Below are positions 41,001 through 54,399 of a stretch of 64,000 nt of DNA, one piece after another (the first letter of the stretch is position 1; every line of letters starts with the position of its first letter). The notes below the pieces were generated by a model. That model was not told the DNA's origin and made no database searches. It saw nothing but the letters and a program-made list of their open reading frames with translations. Source of the stretch: Macrostomum lignano (Eukaryota); assembly GCA_002269645.1 (NCBI GenBank), contig NIVC01001420.1, forward strand, positions 23,576 through 87,575, read 5' to 3'. The position numbers and the translations under genes are program-made.

Positions 41001-43620
41001 CTGCATCAGTCTAACAACCAAGGAAATATGCATTTCTTAGGAGGCCATTTAATATTTACACAGTACCTTTAAAAGAAACCTAAAATTTCCATTCCATGGT
41101 GTGCCTAATTTAATAGGGTTGTATTGCATTGCATCGCATCGCCTTTTCATAAATCTTTTGCTTTTACAAACCATTCTGGATTCCCTCGATTTGCCATCCA
41201 CTGTTAAACTGCTGCAGAGTTTGCCAATACAGAGGACAGTGGTTAGAATTTCTCACTAAACTGTCATGGCTAAACGTAGCCTCTCCACGCGTGGGGGTAC
41301 AGAGAAGGCTATTAAAAAGTTATTCCAAAACACTGTACATTTGCTATGTACATTTAGTCCTATTGTCCACACACAGACAGACACACACACAGACACACAC
41401 ACAGACACACACACACAGAGTTTTGATTTTTATAGTTAGAGATAGACAAATTTGTTTATTATAGTTGTATACTTGTATAGACTCCCTAACTGCTTAACCA
41501 ATCCACCTATACTAAATAGTAGGGCCTACCTAATTTTGTATGTATGTACCTACTTTAAATATATTATGGTCATAGATTGTCTTTCTCATGGCATTTAGAT
41601 GCAGATAAAAAGTCAAAGAACATAGCTACAAGCTACCTGAAGGAGGAAAATAAAGAAAAAAAATAGACTACACTGTTGGTAGGTTCATTTCTAGTGCACA
41701 ATATAAAAAAAACGATAAATTGCATTCTGAACCTTAAACTTATACCTAAAATGAGCATTGGGTGCAATTTTGTACCTTGTCTCTGACAAAAAACCCTAGG
41801 CTAGAAAAAAAGAAAGAGAAATATAATATATAAGAGTACAAATTATGTTAGAGAAGAAATATAAAAGAGTAGATAAGAAAAAAGAAATAAGATGGAAAAA
41901 AATTGAAAGCAGAAAAGAAAGTATAAAAAAGATGATCTTTGACTGTTTTTAACTTGAATGCCTCTCTGGTGATATTTCTCGAGTTGTGCGCAATCCAATT
42001 GGCCTATAGTTCTATAGCCCAATCTCCGTTTTTGCTAGAGGCAATATACACATCTAAAAATAACCCAATCTTTTTCATTTTATTTGTTTAGCCATCGGCC
42101 TTACGTGAGAGTGAAATTTTGAACTGCAATGTGGCTAGAATAAGACTTGAGCACCCTGGTCACACCTACCCTGCAGCAAAGACAACCATTTACAAAAGTG
42201 TATGGTAGAACCTAGTTGATACCAGCCCTGAAGCTGAGCCCCAGGTTTAGGGTTCAGGTGCCCTCCAATTTTTCCCCTTTGTGTTTTTAGCTTTGTGTTT
42301 TATCCCTGGCCTTGTAGCCATCCAATATTTGCGTATTCCCAGGTTTTGTCTGCTAGGTAGTGGCTTGGATGGATTCAGTCCTAACACTATCATTGATTCC
42401 ATTGTTGGCTAGCAGTGTCTAAGTCCATAGGCTTCGGTAAGTTCGGTTAGTAGCTTTTTCCCTTAGCCTCAATGTCAGGTTCTAATCCGGGCTGCTTAGG
42501 CTTTATGCCCTTGGTAGATATGCCCCCCTCAGTGGCAAAGTCTTTCCCTGGGCTGATTTATGGGAGCCCCTAGGCTACCCACCTCATTTAACAACAAAGA
42601 AAGTATATAGGAAAGACAATCAATAAAAAAGTAAAGATAAAAGAAGAAATAGGTTTTTGACAATCTCTTTATTCTCTTTTTTGGATTCTATCTCCTTATA
42701 CTCCTTATTTTTAGCATAAGGACAATCTTATTTTTATTTATTAAAAATAAAAAATTTGGAAAATTTAAACTCATTACTAAATTTCCTATTCTATGTCTGT
42801 TATTATTACCACGCAATATTGCCAAAATTTTAGTCTATTTGTCATGTTGGCCATTTAGGTGGTTAGGTCATGGCAAGAATAGTAATAATGGGGTAGCATA
42901 GGAAAGTTTTCTAAAATAATTGCTGGTCTAATTGTGGTTCTAAAATCTACTTATTTTCTCCTTATTTTATTAAATGGCTAAAAGTGAACACCCTAGAAAA
43001 AGCAAAGAAGTTTTAATAGACCTGAGGCACTAGAAGAGAGATAGAGATTGGAGACTAAGTTTGTTAATGCATGCTTTAGACAAATGTTATTTGCCATTCT
43101 GTGACAATTCTAATTAACAAGATCAATGCTTGCCTCAAATATTAATTTAACACAAATTTACCTAATAGCAAGATTGAGTATGACTTTAAAGTTTAAACTA
43201 AAAATATATGCAAAAATAGTTCCAGGGATTGGAATTTAGGAAGTTTAAGATCTGTGGGTTTCAACAACTTATATTAGATAAATTGGAAGTTAGAAAATCA
43301 ATTGCTAATTTAGCTTTGCCCTTTGGCTTAGCCTAAAAAAAGGATTTTTGGCTCTAAGATATAAGGAATATTAACATTAATATCGTTATGTTCTATATAA
43401 GAAACTTATATCTATAGCTATTATAGTTGCATCTATAATTATTTGAAAATCTAATTCTTAATAGCATCCTAAATAAAGTATAGTAGCTTAAAAATCAAGC
43501 TGGAAAATCTACTTGAATATAAATGCCTAATCAAATATATATCTTATAGAATTTTTAATCTACACTTATTATTTAAAAACTGATTCTTATCTCAATCCAA
43601 TATACCAAAAATGGTCTGTC

Positions 43621-43667
<47 letters not shown>

Positions 43668-46600
43668 GTGTGATCGATTTTAGCAAAAATGGCTGAACCG
43701 ATTTTGTTCAAACTTGCACTGTTCGATCAGAAATTTTTCCTTGACAGTACATGCACCGTGGCTAAGAAATTGCTCGATGCTAAAGGGATTAAATATTCAA
43801 ACAACATGCTTTTTTGCAAAGGTCAAGCAGCTCTTTTGACTTGAAATGCATTGTAAGAATGCTAGAAAAAAAACTGACTGGTTAAATTCTGATTCTGAAA
43901 TAGATTGATCATAACTTAATTGTAACTCCGACTTGAATTGCGTCACAGTATTGAAAATGCAGTGTGGAAGCACCGTAGCACCGGACTTGATTTAGATTGC
44001 GTAACCATATTCTCAAATTTAATTGAGACTGATGCTGACTTGCCAGGGAAATTGATTATGTCATAACTGCTTCATGAGTGAGTGTTGAATTATATAAGTG
44101 CTACAATTTCATTTATAAATTCAATAAGATCTAGCCTAGATGTGAACAGACTGGACTGCTAATGCAGCGACCTGGGTTCAAATCTAAGTAGTGAAAATTT
44201 TTTTATTGAAAGCTTTTATTAAAAAAATAATAAAGGACTAAAGGCGTCATGTAAAAAATCATAGAATCATCATGCGAAAAATCATAGAAGCGTCATGTAA
44301 AAAATCATAGAAGCGTCATGTAAAAATCATAGAAGCGTCATAAAAAAATCATAGAAGTGTCATGTAAAAATCATAGAAGCGTCATGTAAAAAATCATAGA
44401 AGCGTCATGTAAAAATCATAGAAGCGTCATGTAAAGAATCATAAAAGCATCATGTAAAAATCATAGAAGCGTCATGTAAAAAATCATAGAAGCGTCATGT
44501 AAAAATCATAGAAGCGTCATGTAAAAAATCATAGAAGCGTCATATAAAAAATCATAGAAGCGTCATGTAAACAATCAGAAGTGTTATGTAAAAATCATAG
44601 AAGCGTCATGTAAAACTCATAGAAGTGTCATGAAAAAATCATAGAAGCCTCATGAAAAAATCATAGAAGCCTCATTTAAAAACAAATGAAAGTGTCATTT
44701 AAAAAATTAAGAAGCATCATGGTAGAATAAAAGAAGCGTCATGTCAAACATGAAAGGTGTCATGTAAAAATTAAATGAAGCTATAGTGCTATGCTAGAGA
44801 GAAAAAACTGAGATGTCAAGGCTCACAGAGAATAACTGAGATTATAGGGGGGGGGGGTTTCCTGAGATGTCAAAGCAAAAGTCAGAAGCTACTTCAAAGT
44901 TCATGTACTTTACTCAATTTTTTTATTGCATTCTTTGTTGGCTTGCCACGGGGGGGGGGTCGCTGATAGAAGAAGAGTCATGTAAAAAATAAAAGTAGCA
45001 CTATGTATACATAAAAGAAAAGTCATGTCGAAGTTAAAAGATTCATTTGGGAATTGCTACAATGTCAAAGCTTGGAGGGAATCGTTATAGTGCTGTGATT
45101 CTTAAAGAAGGAATCACTAAAATGTCAAGGCTTAGGGGAGAAGAATTGCTAAAATTTCAAGACTTTAGGTTGGGTTAAAGTAGGTTTAGTTCAGGTGTAG
45201 GTTGAGGGTTATCTCGTATTTCATCGGGTTTCAAGGTTAATGGAGGATTTTTCAGATTTCAAGGTTTATGGAGGCCATCGCTGACATGTCAAGGCTTACG
45301 GGGGGAATAGCTGAGATGTCAAGGCTCACGGGGGTATAAATGAGATTTCAAAGCTAAAGTCAGAGGCTACATGTAGTTTATTGAAAACTTTTTATTACAT
45401 TATTTGATGCCTCCTCAGGGGAGGGATCGCTGATAAAAAAGCATAATGTAAAAAATAAAAGAAGCTTCATATCAAAGTTAAGAGATTCATTTGGGAATCC
45501 CTACAATGTCGAGGCTTGCAGGGAATCGCTACAATGCTGTAGCAGTGCTATAATGACTCTTAGAGAGAATTACTGAAATGTCAATGCTTTAGGGTTAGGG
45601 TTAGGGTTCGGGTTAGGGTAGCTTATAACTTAGCTCATGTAGCTTAATAAAAATGTTTATCATGGAAGCATCATGCAAAAATAATGGAAGCGTCATGCAA
45701 AAACAATGGAAGTGTCATGCCAAAAATCATAGAAGCATTGATCATGCAAAAACTCATGGACAAAATATTGAATTTAGGGTTTTGGTTAGGGTTAGGGTTA
45801 GGGTTAGAAGTTTGACAGGGGATTTTTTAAGATTTCAAGGCTACATGTAGCTTATTAAAAAAACGTGTATTGCATTTCTTTGGCTCCCCAATGGGGGGGC
45901 ATAGATTGCTAGTCCTTATCTTAAAATCATAGAATCATAAAATATGTTTTATATTCTAGATCCTTCTATAATAATTCTTCAAAACTAATATATATACACT
46001 TTTGCTATATTATATTATGCTAGACTAATTTCAAATAGAAATTTGCAAATCATTTTAGCAACTAAGGAACAATTTTGCCATATTCAAGATAAAATAGGAT
46101 AAAAATGACTATATAGTCATTGGTCTAACTTGCTTTGATGATTATAACCCTTTCTATCTTTCCTATCTTGAGACATACATAAACTTAATAGCCAACAACC
46201 ATAGTACTAGTGATATTTAGGGAATCAAAGCCCATGGCTTTTGTGAAAATGAATAGCCATTTAAAAACAATATGTCTATAGATTTAGATTCAAAGATTGT
46301 ATCTTAGGTTAGAATATCTATTAAAGAATAAGCTGTGACCCTCTGGTTTTTATTATGCCTAGACTAAGAGAAACCCTCAATAGTGAATAAACATGAATAT
46401 GAGATAAGTACAACTATTTACGTATATGCCCAACCTCAAAATTTCACCCATCCGGTGCAACTTAGTTTTGTCCAGATTTGCGACCTAGTTCCTCCTGATT
46501 GCGACTTAGTTCCTCCCAATTGCAACTTAGTTCCTCTCAATTGCAACCTAATTTTCACTTTGTATATGACTTTTCTTGCCTTTCCTCTTTTTTCTCTTTC

Positions 46601-46754
46601 TCTTTCTCTCTCCTCTTTCCCCTCTCTCTCTCTTCTCTGTCCTTTTTTTCCTTTTCTCTTTCTCTCCTTTCTTTCTTTCCCTAGTTTTGGTTTTTTGCAT
46701 TTTTTATTTTGTGACTTCCAGTTTGGACAGGTCAGATGGGTGTTGGGCATGTAT

Positions 46755-46788
<34 letters not shown>

Positions 46789-48820
46789 TCAATCGGCTAT
46801 AGTGCTCTAGCCTATAAATTTTTACTGGCCAGAAATGCATTTCCATATACTAAAAATGGTCTGTTGGTATCATCTAGGTAGGTATGCAATCGATTTTTAG
46901 CAAAAATGGCTTTTGCTATGGCTTTTCTGGCCAAAAATGCATAATTTTTTAGTAATACACTAAGAAGACAAGAAAAGTATCAACTGAAAAATTGATCACT
47001 AGATCAATTTTGGTATGATTTTAGTTGCAATACTATATTCACACAGAAAGGGACCATTGCGACACAGTTAAGTTACCTTTTTGAGTATGGCATCTTCAGC
47101 TAACTCATAGTCATATCTGTCTAATCTAAGTCTAATTGTCTATGGCGATAACAGTAAAGACACAGGCTTTATCTGTCATGTGAGCTGTGAATATTTTAAA
47201 TTCCTATGCGTGGCTAAAAGTATAGCCCAAATTAAATACAAGAAAGAATTTTGTGTTTAGAAATTGCATTACTGTTATCGTGTATATTGTTGTTAAACTT
47301 TAGTTAACAACTTGTATTTGTACAGGCCTATGGCGTTGTCTGGAAGGCACTGGACCGGCGAACTGGAGAAGTTGTTGCATTAAAGAAAATATTCGACGCA
47401 TTTAGAAATCAAACCGATGCGCAGGTAAGCAAAATCTATGGGCAAAATTGCCCACAAACCATCCCTACAATCCCCCATAGACCATTTTTGAAATCGCCCA
47501 TAAGGCCATAAACCACCCCTAGAATCACCCATAAACCACCCCTAGAATCGCCCATAAACCACCCCTAGAATCGCCCATAAACCACCCCTAGAATCGCCCA
47601 TAAACCATCCCTAGAATCGCCCATAAACCACCCCTAGAATTGGCCAAAAACCACTCCTAGAATCGCCCATAAACCATCCCTAGAATCACCCATAAACCAC
47701 CCCTAGAATTGCCCCAAAACCACTCCTAGAATCGCCCATAAACTACCCCTAGAATCGCCCATAAATCACCCATAGAATCGCCCATAAACCATCCCTAGAA
47801 TCGCCCATAAACCACCCCTAGAATCGCCTATAAACCACCCCTGGAGTCGCCCATAAACCACCTCTAGAATCGCCCATAAACCACCCCTAGAATCGCCCAT
47901 AAACCACCCCTAGAATCGCCCATAAACCACCCCTAGAATCGCCAATAAACCATCCCTAGAATCGCAATCCTTGAAATCGTAAAATTCATGCTAAAATATT
48001 TCATTTGGTAAAGTCGAATTTATCATTTTAAAAAACTTTTTAACAGAGAACATTTCGAGAAATTGCATTTCTGCAAGAGTTCACCGATCATCCAAACATT
48101 GTGAAACTATTGAATGTAATAAAAGCCGAGAATGACAAGGACATTTACTTGGTTTTCGAGTTCATGGGTAAGATTGTTTTAATTACTATTTTGGTAACAA
48201 TTGCCACAGTTACTAATAATACGTGCTACAGCACAATTCAGTGCGTATACCTGCTACTAATACTACTATTATAATTATTAAATATAAAATCACAAGAGGG
48301 TTCTAACGCCTACGGCAACATCGTCCTACAACCGGAGCGCTGTGGCAATACTGTACGGGTACGCAGGCATGCACTCGTACACACACGCTCACACGGGGTG
48401 CACAGCGGCCCCGAATTTTCTAATCGTCAGGCATGTGCGCTCTCTGTGCCCTGGGACTCTAGGAGTTTGACCCTTATGGCTGTGAATCGCACGGCCCCCT
48501 GGGGCCAATTTTAGTGAGCACACTACATACACTACTACTGCTGCTACTACTGCTGCTACTACTACTAATACACTGCCACTACTACTACTACTACTACTAC
48601 TACCACTACTACTACTACTGCTACTGCTACTACTACTACTACTACTACTAATACACTACTACTACTACTAATACTACTAGTACTACTACTACTACTACTA
48701 CTGCTGCTGCTGCTACTACTACATACTACTGCTACTACTGCTGCTACTACTACTAATACACTGCCACTACTACTACTACCACTACTACTACTACTACTAC
48801 TACTAATACTACTACTACTA

Positions 48821-48877
<57 letters not shown>

Positions 48878-51800
48878 ATACTACTACTACAAACCGCAAA
48901 TGAATGCGGGCGCGCACGGAATTTAACCAGGGGTCGTGAAGCGAAAGTGCGACACATTTATTACTTAGCTTCTTTAATAACCCCACTATTATTAGTAATA
49001 TTAATATAATATCTCATTGATAAATTTATCTCAAATCGCTCCGCAGAGACCGATCTGCACAATGTAATCAAACGGGGCAACATTTTGAAAGAGGTGCACA
49101 AGCAGTACATCATGTACCAGATGCTCAAAGCTACGATGTACATTCACTCTGGCAATTGCGTACACCGCGACCAGAAGCCTAGCAATGTACTGTTAGACTC
49201 GGATTGTTTTGTTAAACTGTGCGATTTCGGTTTGGCCAGATCGCTTAGCCAGACTAAGCGGCAACTGCAACGGCCGGACACAGATCCTGCTCTCACCGAG
49301 TACGTTGCCACCCGCTGGTATCGAGCTCCGGAGATTCTTTTAGCTTCGCGGCGCTACACAACCGGCGTTGATATGTGGTCTCTAGGCTGTATACTAGGCG
49401 AGATGCTGCTTGGTAAACCGTTATTCCCGGGCAGCTCGACGCTAAATCAAATTGAACGAATTGTATCGGCTATTTCGCCTCCGACTAAAGAGGAGATCGC
49501 TAGTATTGGTAGCAACTATGGGGCCAGCATCTTGGAGAAGGTTAGTAGTTGGCATTTTACCTCGCTGTAATATTTAAGCTCCTGAATAATTCTGATGGTA
49601 GCTTTAATACCAATGGTTGCTAATCCTCACTCCCCATTAATCCAAATGGTAGCTAATCCTCACTCCCCATTAATCCCAGTGGTAGCTAATCCTCACTCCC
49701 CATTAATCCCAATGGTAGCTAATCCTCACTCCTGATTAATCCCAATGGTAGCTAATCCTCACACCCACTAATCCCAGTGGTAGCTAATCCTTACTCCCCA
49801 TTAATCCCAATGGTAACTAATCCTCACACCCATTAATCCCAGTGGTAGCTAATCCTCACACCCATTATTCCCAGTGGTAGCTAATTCTCACTCCTAATTA
49901 ATCCCAATGGTAGCTAATCCTCACTCCCCATTAATCCCAATGGTAGCTAATCCTCACTCCGATTAATCCCAAGGGTAGCTAATCCTTACTCCCCATTAAT
50001 CCCAGTTGTAGCTAATCCTCACACCCATTAATCCCAGTGGTAGCTAATCCTCGCACCCATTATTCCCAGTGGTAGCTAATCCTCACTCCTAATTAATCCC
50101 AAAAATCCCAATGGTAGCTAATCCTCACTCCCCATTAATCCCAATGGTAGCTAATCCTCACTCCCCATTAATCCCAGTTGTAGCTAATCCTCACTCCGAT
50201 TAATCCCAGTAGTAGCTAATCCTCACTCCGATTAATCCCAAGGGTAGATAATCCTCACTCCCCATTAATCCCAAGGGTAGCTAATCCTCACTCCCCATTA
50301 ATCCCAATGGTAGCTAATCCTCACTCCCCATTAATCCCAGTGGTAGCTAATCCTGCTTTCTGATTAATACTAATGGTAGCTAATCCTCACTCCGATTAAT
50401 CCCAATGATAGCTAATCCTCATCTCTATTAATCCCAGTGGTAGCTAATCCTCACTCCGATCAATCTTAAGGGTAGCTAATCCTCACTCCCCATTAATCCT
50501 AGTGTTAGCTAACCCTCATCCCCATGAACTAATCCCTATACATCAATCACAGGCATCGTCAGGCCGACCAGCTCGGCCATTGGAGTCGATTCTACCAGCT
50601 CAAGTTGATCCAAACGCCGTGGATCTACTTCATAAATTGTTGCAATTTAGCCCAGATCGACGAATCACAGCGGCCGAAGCGTTGCGTCATCCCTATGTGC
50701 GCCGGTTTCACTCGCCTACTGAGGAGATCACTCTCAATAGGGACGTTGCTCCGCCTGTGAGTGTACTTTTATTATAAAATGGTTTTTAAATGCACTTTTG
50801 TTTTTCAAGTGTACTTTAATTATATTGGATTTTTTCTACGTGTTAATGTGCCATCTGGGACTGTTAAGGTGCCATCTGGGACTATTAATGTGCCATCTGG
50901 GACTATTAATGTGCCATCTGGGACTGTTGAAGTGCCATCTGGGACTGTTGAAGTGCCATCTGGGACTGTTGAAGTGCCATCTGGGACTGTTGAAGTGCCA
51001 TCTGGGACTGTTGAAGTGCCATCTGGGACTGTTGAAGTGCCATCTGGGACTGTTGAAGTGCCATCTGGGACTGTTGAAGTGCCATCTGGGACTGTTGAAG
51101 TGCCATCTGGGACTGTTGAAGTGCCATCTGGGACTGTTGAAGTGCCATCTGGGACTGTTGAAGTGCCATCTGGGACTGTTGAAGTGCCATCTGGGACTGT
51201 TGAAGTGCCATCTGGGACTGTTGAAGTGCCATCTGGGACTGTTGAAGTGCCATCTGGGACTGTTGAAGTGCCATCTGGGACTGTTGAAGTGCCATCTGGG
51301 ACTGTTGAAGTGCCATCTGGGACTGTTGAAGTGCCATCTGGGACTGTTGAAGTGCCATCTGGGACTGTTAAAGTGCCATCTGGGACTGTTAAAGTGCCAT
51401 CTGGGACTGTTGAAGTGCCATCTGGGACTGTTGAAGTGCCATCTGGGACTGTTGAAGTGCCATCTGGGACTGTGGGTTGACAATTGGGAATTTTGTATAC
51501 ACCTCACCTCAACATTTGTTTAAAAAAGACACTTTTCTCGATACTATGCAGGTCGACGACAACTCGCAGCTAAGCGTATTGGAATACCGCAACAGATTGT
51601 ACGAAATGATTCAAGCCAGACAGGCGGCCAGGCGTCAGCGACGACGCGATGAACGACGTCGACGACGGAGACAGCAGCAACAGGAGGTGGAGGGCCAACA
51701 GCAGAACCGTCAAGATGATGACGAAGCCACCGTAACGGAGCCACTGTCTAATGCCGACTACGACGATGACGTCACGCAGGCGTCGGTAACTGTGTCGGCG

Positions 51801-54321
51801 CCTGCTGTTGCCGGCTCCGGCGCCTCAGGTCGAGGACTTCAATCGGCGTCGACGCGCCGACGCTCAGCTGGTCGAGCTAGTCGTCGACAGCAGCAGCAGC
51901 AGCAGGTTAGAATCCCATATAGATTATGGAGTAGTCGTGAATATCGTAGGGCTCGCTGCGGTCATGCAATGATGCAACCCACAACCAGCACTGAGGCAAT
52001 ACTATACGAATTCACGCCTGTTAGTTAGATCGTCCAATTTACTAAACTGTTATTTTACTAACAAATTAATCCACTAGGTGCAACAGCAGCAGGTTCCGTC
52101 GGGTAATCAACTGTCCGCATCGTCAGTTCAATTGCGTCGAACAATAGGCCTAGCTGACAATTCTTCAACGTTACCAAGTGGCACTGGAAATTATAGTACG
52201 CGCGGGCCGACGCCTTTGACTATGACATCATCTGTATTGCCAGTTTTTAATGGCGGCTACGGTCAGACTATGGTAAGGTGGTAAGGTGATAAGGTGGTAC
52301 TTTTGTACTTGTTTCAAAAGCTAAAATCAAAAAAAAATTTTTGTTTATTTATTTTTGGCAATTATATCTTTTAAAACGACTAGTTGTATGAAGTAAAAAT
52401 TCCGTGGGGTCGTACTATAACGCTGTCGTAGCGTAAGTTGGATCGTACGTCGGAACTTTTACACTGCTGAGATAGGAGCTAAGAACGATCTTATCTTATG
52501 ATGGCTTTATAGAACGGGCCCCGTGTCTGTTTAACTGAGTTGTTAATATTTATTATCCAATCAGGGGTGGGTGGGTCACTTTGCGATTCCATAATATTGA
52601 CCGTGGGTTTTGTTAGTGAAATTCCACGCAACTTATTGTGGCCAGGAAGTGGTTTAGATAGCTAGCAGTGTGCAGTGTGCGTATAATTGAAGGTTAGTTT
52701 ACGACTGTAACGAACTATCGCAAGATTGGAGATTAGCGGGACCGGGAGAAAAGGACAACGAGACACCGAAATTTACGAGCAAGGTGACGAGAGCAGGTTT
52801 TAAATAGGTGCGTATTTGTGTGCAATGACTAATTTTCTAAATCTCGTTCCCTCCAAAATCTGTAGAAGCCTCGCTATTGGCCGGCTCCCTTAATAATGCT
52901 GCAGCAGCGCTCTTATCAGTCCGCCCTTAAAAAACTAATAAAATAGCCGGCTGTTCTATAGACTAAAGTGAGAGACGACTTCGGAATAAAGTCTGTGTCT
53001 TTCTGCCCCGCCCCAACACCCCTAACTGTACAGCGTTTTCGTCTAAATCTCAACCCTCTTTCCTCTCCACCCTGTGCGTACAAGTTTATCTCAGTATGTA
53101 CATTGCCCAATGTACACTTCTCGTTATAAGTTCATATAAAACCTCTCTCTTCCCTTCACCAGTCTGCTCCAGTTTTGACGACCTATTCTGTCTGTCTAGC
53201 TTTAATCAACCCCCCCGGCCTAGCAGCCTTAATAGTGTTTGTTTGTGGCCTTGTTATATATAGGCTTTAATTTAATGGAGCTGCTCCGCTCTGTCGCGTG
53301 TCATTTGTGTGCTATTTAGCGCACATCTCTTCTGAAATGTTTAGTCTCAGCCTTGTTTCGAATTTCTCTGAGAAGGCTAGCAAAACCGGTGAAGAAGGTC
53401 TCTAGAAAAAATGCCCTTCGACTGCAATCGTGGATATAAAGCTGTGAACTACGGCGATTCTTTTAATTTTGACCTTCTACCGTCCTGAAACTTTCTAAGC
53501 ATCCTAATGCAAAAGTAAGTACCCTAGCGATATTATAAATTGAATGGATTTTATTAAGCCAAGGGCCCAAGGCATTACTATTGTTGGTGACCTTGTAGTG
53601 ACCTTTTTGTGTCTCGTTAAAATTCGATCCAAAATATTACTTTTTACATTACTCATTAGGTTATACGATTTGTTTGCTCTTTTTTTCAGCAACTAAACTT
53701 AGAGTCGCCTAATTCTTCTAATTTGTCGTCGAGTCGTCTGTCTACTAATAATAATGATAATAATAAGTTTTTCACTGACGAATCCGAACGACTATGGAGT
53801 CGCCATATGCAGAAAGTAAACTACATTATTACAGCTTGTTTAGATCGCATGCATGCATGCGTTTTATTTTTCTCCTTTATTACATTCATAATTGTTTACT
53901 TCTATTAGAATTTGAAATTGCTTTCTTTGTCTTAATTTGGTCTTTGTTAATTTCTGTGGCTTACGAGTCATTGTTAATTAATGACAATCCTTGTCCTTAC
54001 CTTGACCTTGTTTAGAACTCTGCCGCGGCTTCGGCGGCCGCTCTCCTAGCCGAGGCTAGGCGTCAACAATCCGCTCCAGTTGCTATGGAAACCGGCGGTG
54101 TTAGCGGCGACGGCGACGGCGGCTTGTACAAGCCTAGGCCGCCATTGTCAGGCAAGCGCCCGGGCGGCTATCATATTCGGAGAAATTTTGCCGCACCAGG
54201 TAGAGTTTTAGCGCCAGCAGCAGTCGCCACCGGCGCCTCCGTTGATTCGGCCTCGGCGGCTACAACTAGGCGAGGCGCCTACAGTTTGACAGCCTCAGCT
54301 CAACAGCAGAGTCAGCGCCAG

Positions 54322-54352
<31 letters not shown>

Positions 54353-54399
54353 CAACTCAACTTCTGTACACGGGTGGTAGGCGTAAATGGATAAATTAA
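38067..54399 (+). CDS. MAPK15: MAP kinase 15 (ERK7/ERK8), about 9 coding exons, ~685 aa
   Basis: Exons 38067-38147, 47326-47424, 48047-48167, 49047-49540, 50553-50756, 51552-51905, 52078-52272, 53690-53815 (probable), 54016-54399. Diagnostic [10 protein letters not shown]|[22 protein letters not shown]|[14 protein letters not shown] and the TEY activation loop. C-terminal exons are less certain. Confidence 0.95.
38418..39205. mobile_element. Possible ~790-bp non-autonomous DNA element
   Basis: GGGCAATTCCATATAA ... TTATATGGAATGAGCC inverted ends; internal TGGTCGTAAC modules. Confidence 0.45.
39590..40812. repeat. 1.2-kb CT-rich low-complexity polypyrimidine tract
   Basis: Seen directly; includes a CTCTACTCGCTCCT minisatellite at ~40500-40700. 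Confidence 0.95.
43600..43800 (+). mobile_element. DINE-1/Helentron-like fragment
   Basis: (GTCT)n(GT)n followed by ATCGATTTT..AAAATGGCTGAACCGATTTT..TTCAAACTTG; a partial second copy at 46850-46910. Confidence 0.45.
44244..44770. repeat. 22-23-bp minisatellite (ATAGAAGCGTCATGTAAAAAATC) in MAPK15 intron 1
   Basis: Roughly 23 units. Confidence 0.93.
46421..46755. mobile_element. hAT MITE, CATACATGC(G/C)CAAC family
   Basis: CGTATATGCCCAAC ... GTTGGGCATGTATG; internal GCGACTTAGTT modules match the satellite-inserted copy. Confidence 0.78.
47490..47965. repeat. 23-bp minisatellite (CGCCCATAAACCACCCCTAGAAT) in MAPK15 intron 2
   Basis: Roughly 20 units. Confidence 0.95.
48295..48515 (-). mobile_element. 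SINE family copy in MAPK15 intron 3
   Basis: Reverse complement carries GACGATTAGAAA, GCCGCTGTGCACCCCGTGTGAGCGTG and the tail CACAGCGC..GGACGATGTTGCCGTAGGCGTT shared with 60190-60420. Confidence 0.7.
48520..48890. repeat. (ACT)n microsatellite
   Basis: Seen directly. Confidence 0.95.
49610..50535. repeat. 33-bp minisatellite (GGTAGCTAATCCTCACTCCCCATTAATCCCAAT) in MAPK15 intron 4
   Basis: Roughly 28 units, period 33. Confidence 0.95.
50845..51475. repeat. 21-bp minisatellite (GTGCCATCTGGGACTGTTGAA) in MAPK15 intron 5
   Basis: Roughly 30 near-identical units. Confidence 0.97.

Noticed and set aside
44122-44185. tRNA-Ser(GCT)-like sequence (TAGCCTAG..GGACTGCTAAT..GGTTCAAATC)
   Set aside because: No intact acceptor stem or variable arm; at most a SINE or tRNA relic.
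50761-51523. Four overlapping ~150-240-aa ORFs
   Set aside because: A 21-bp intronic minisatellite that is open in several frames.
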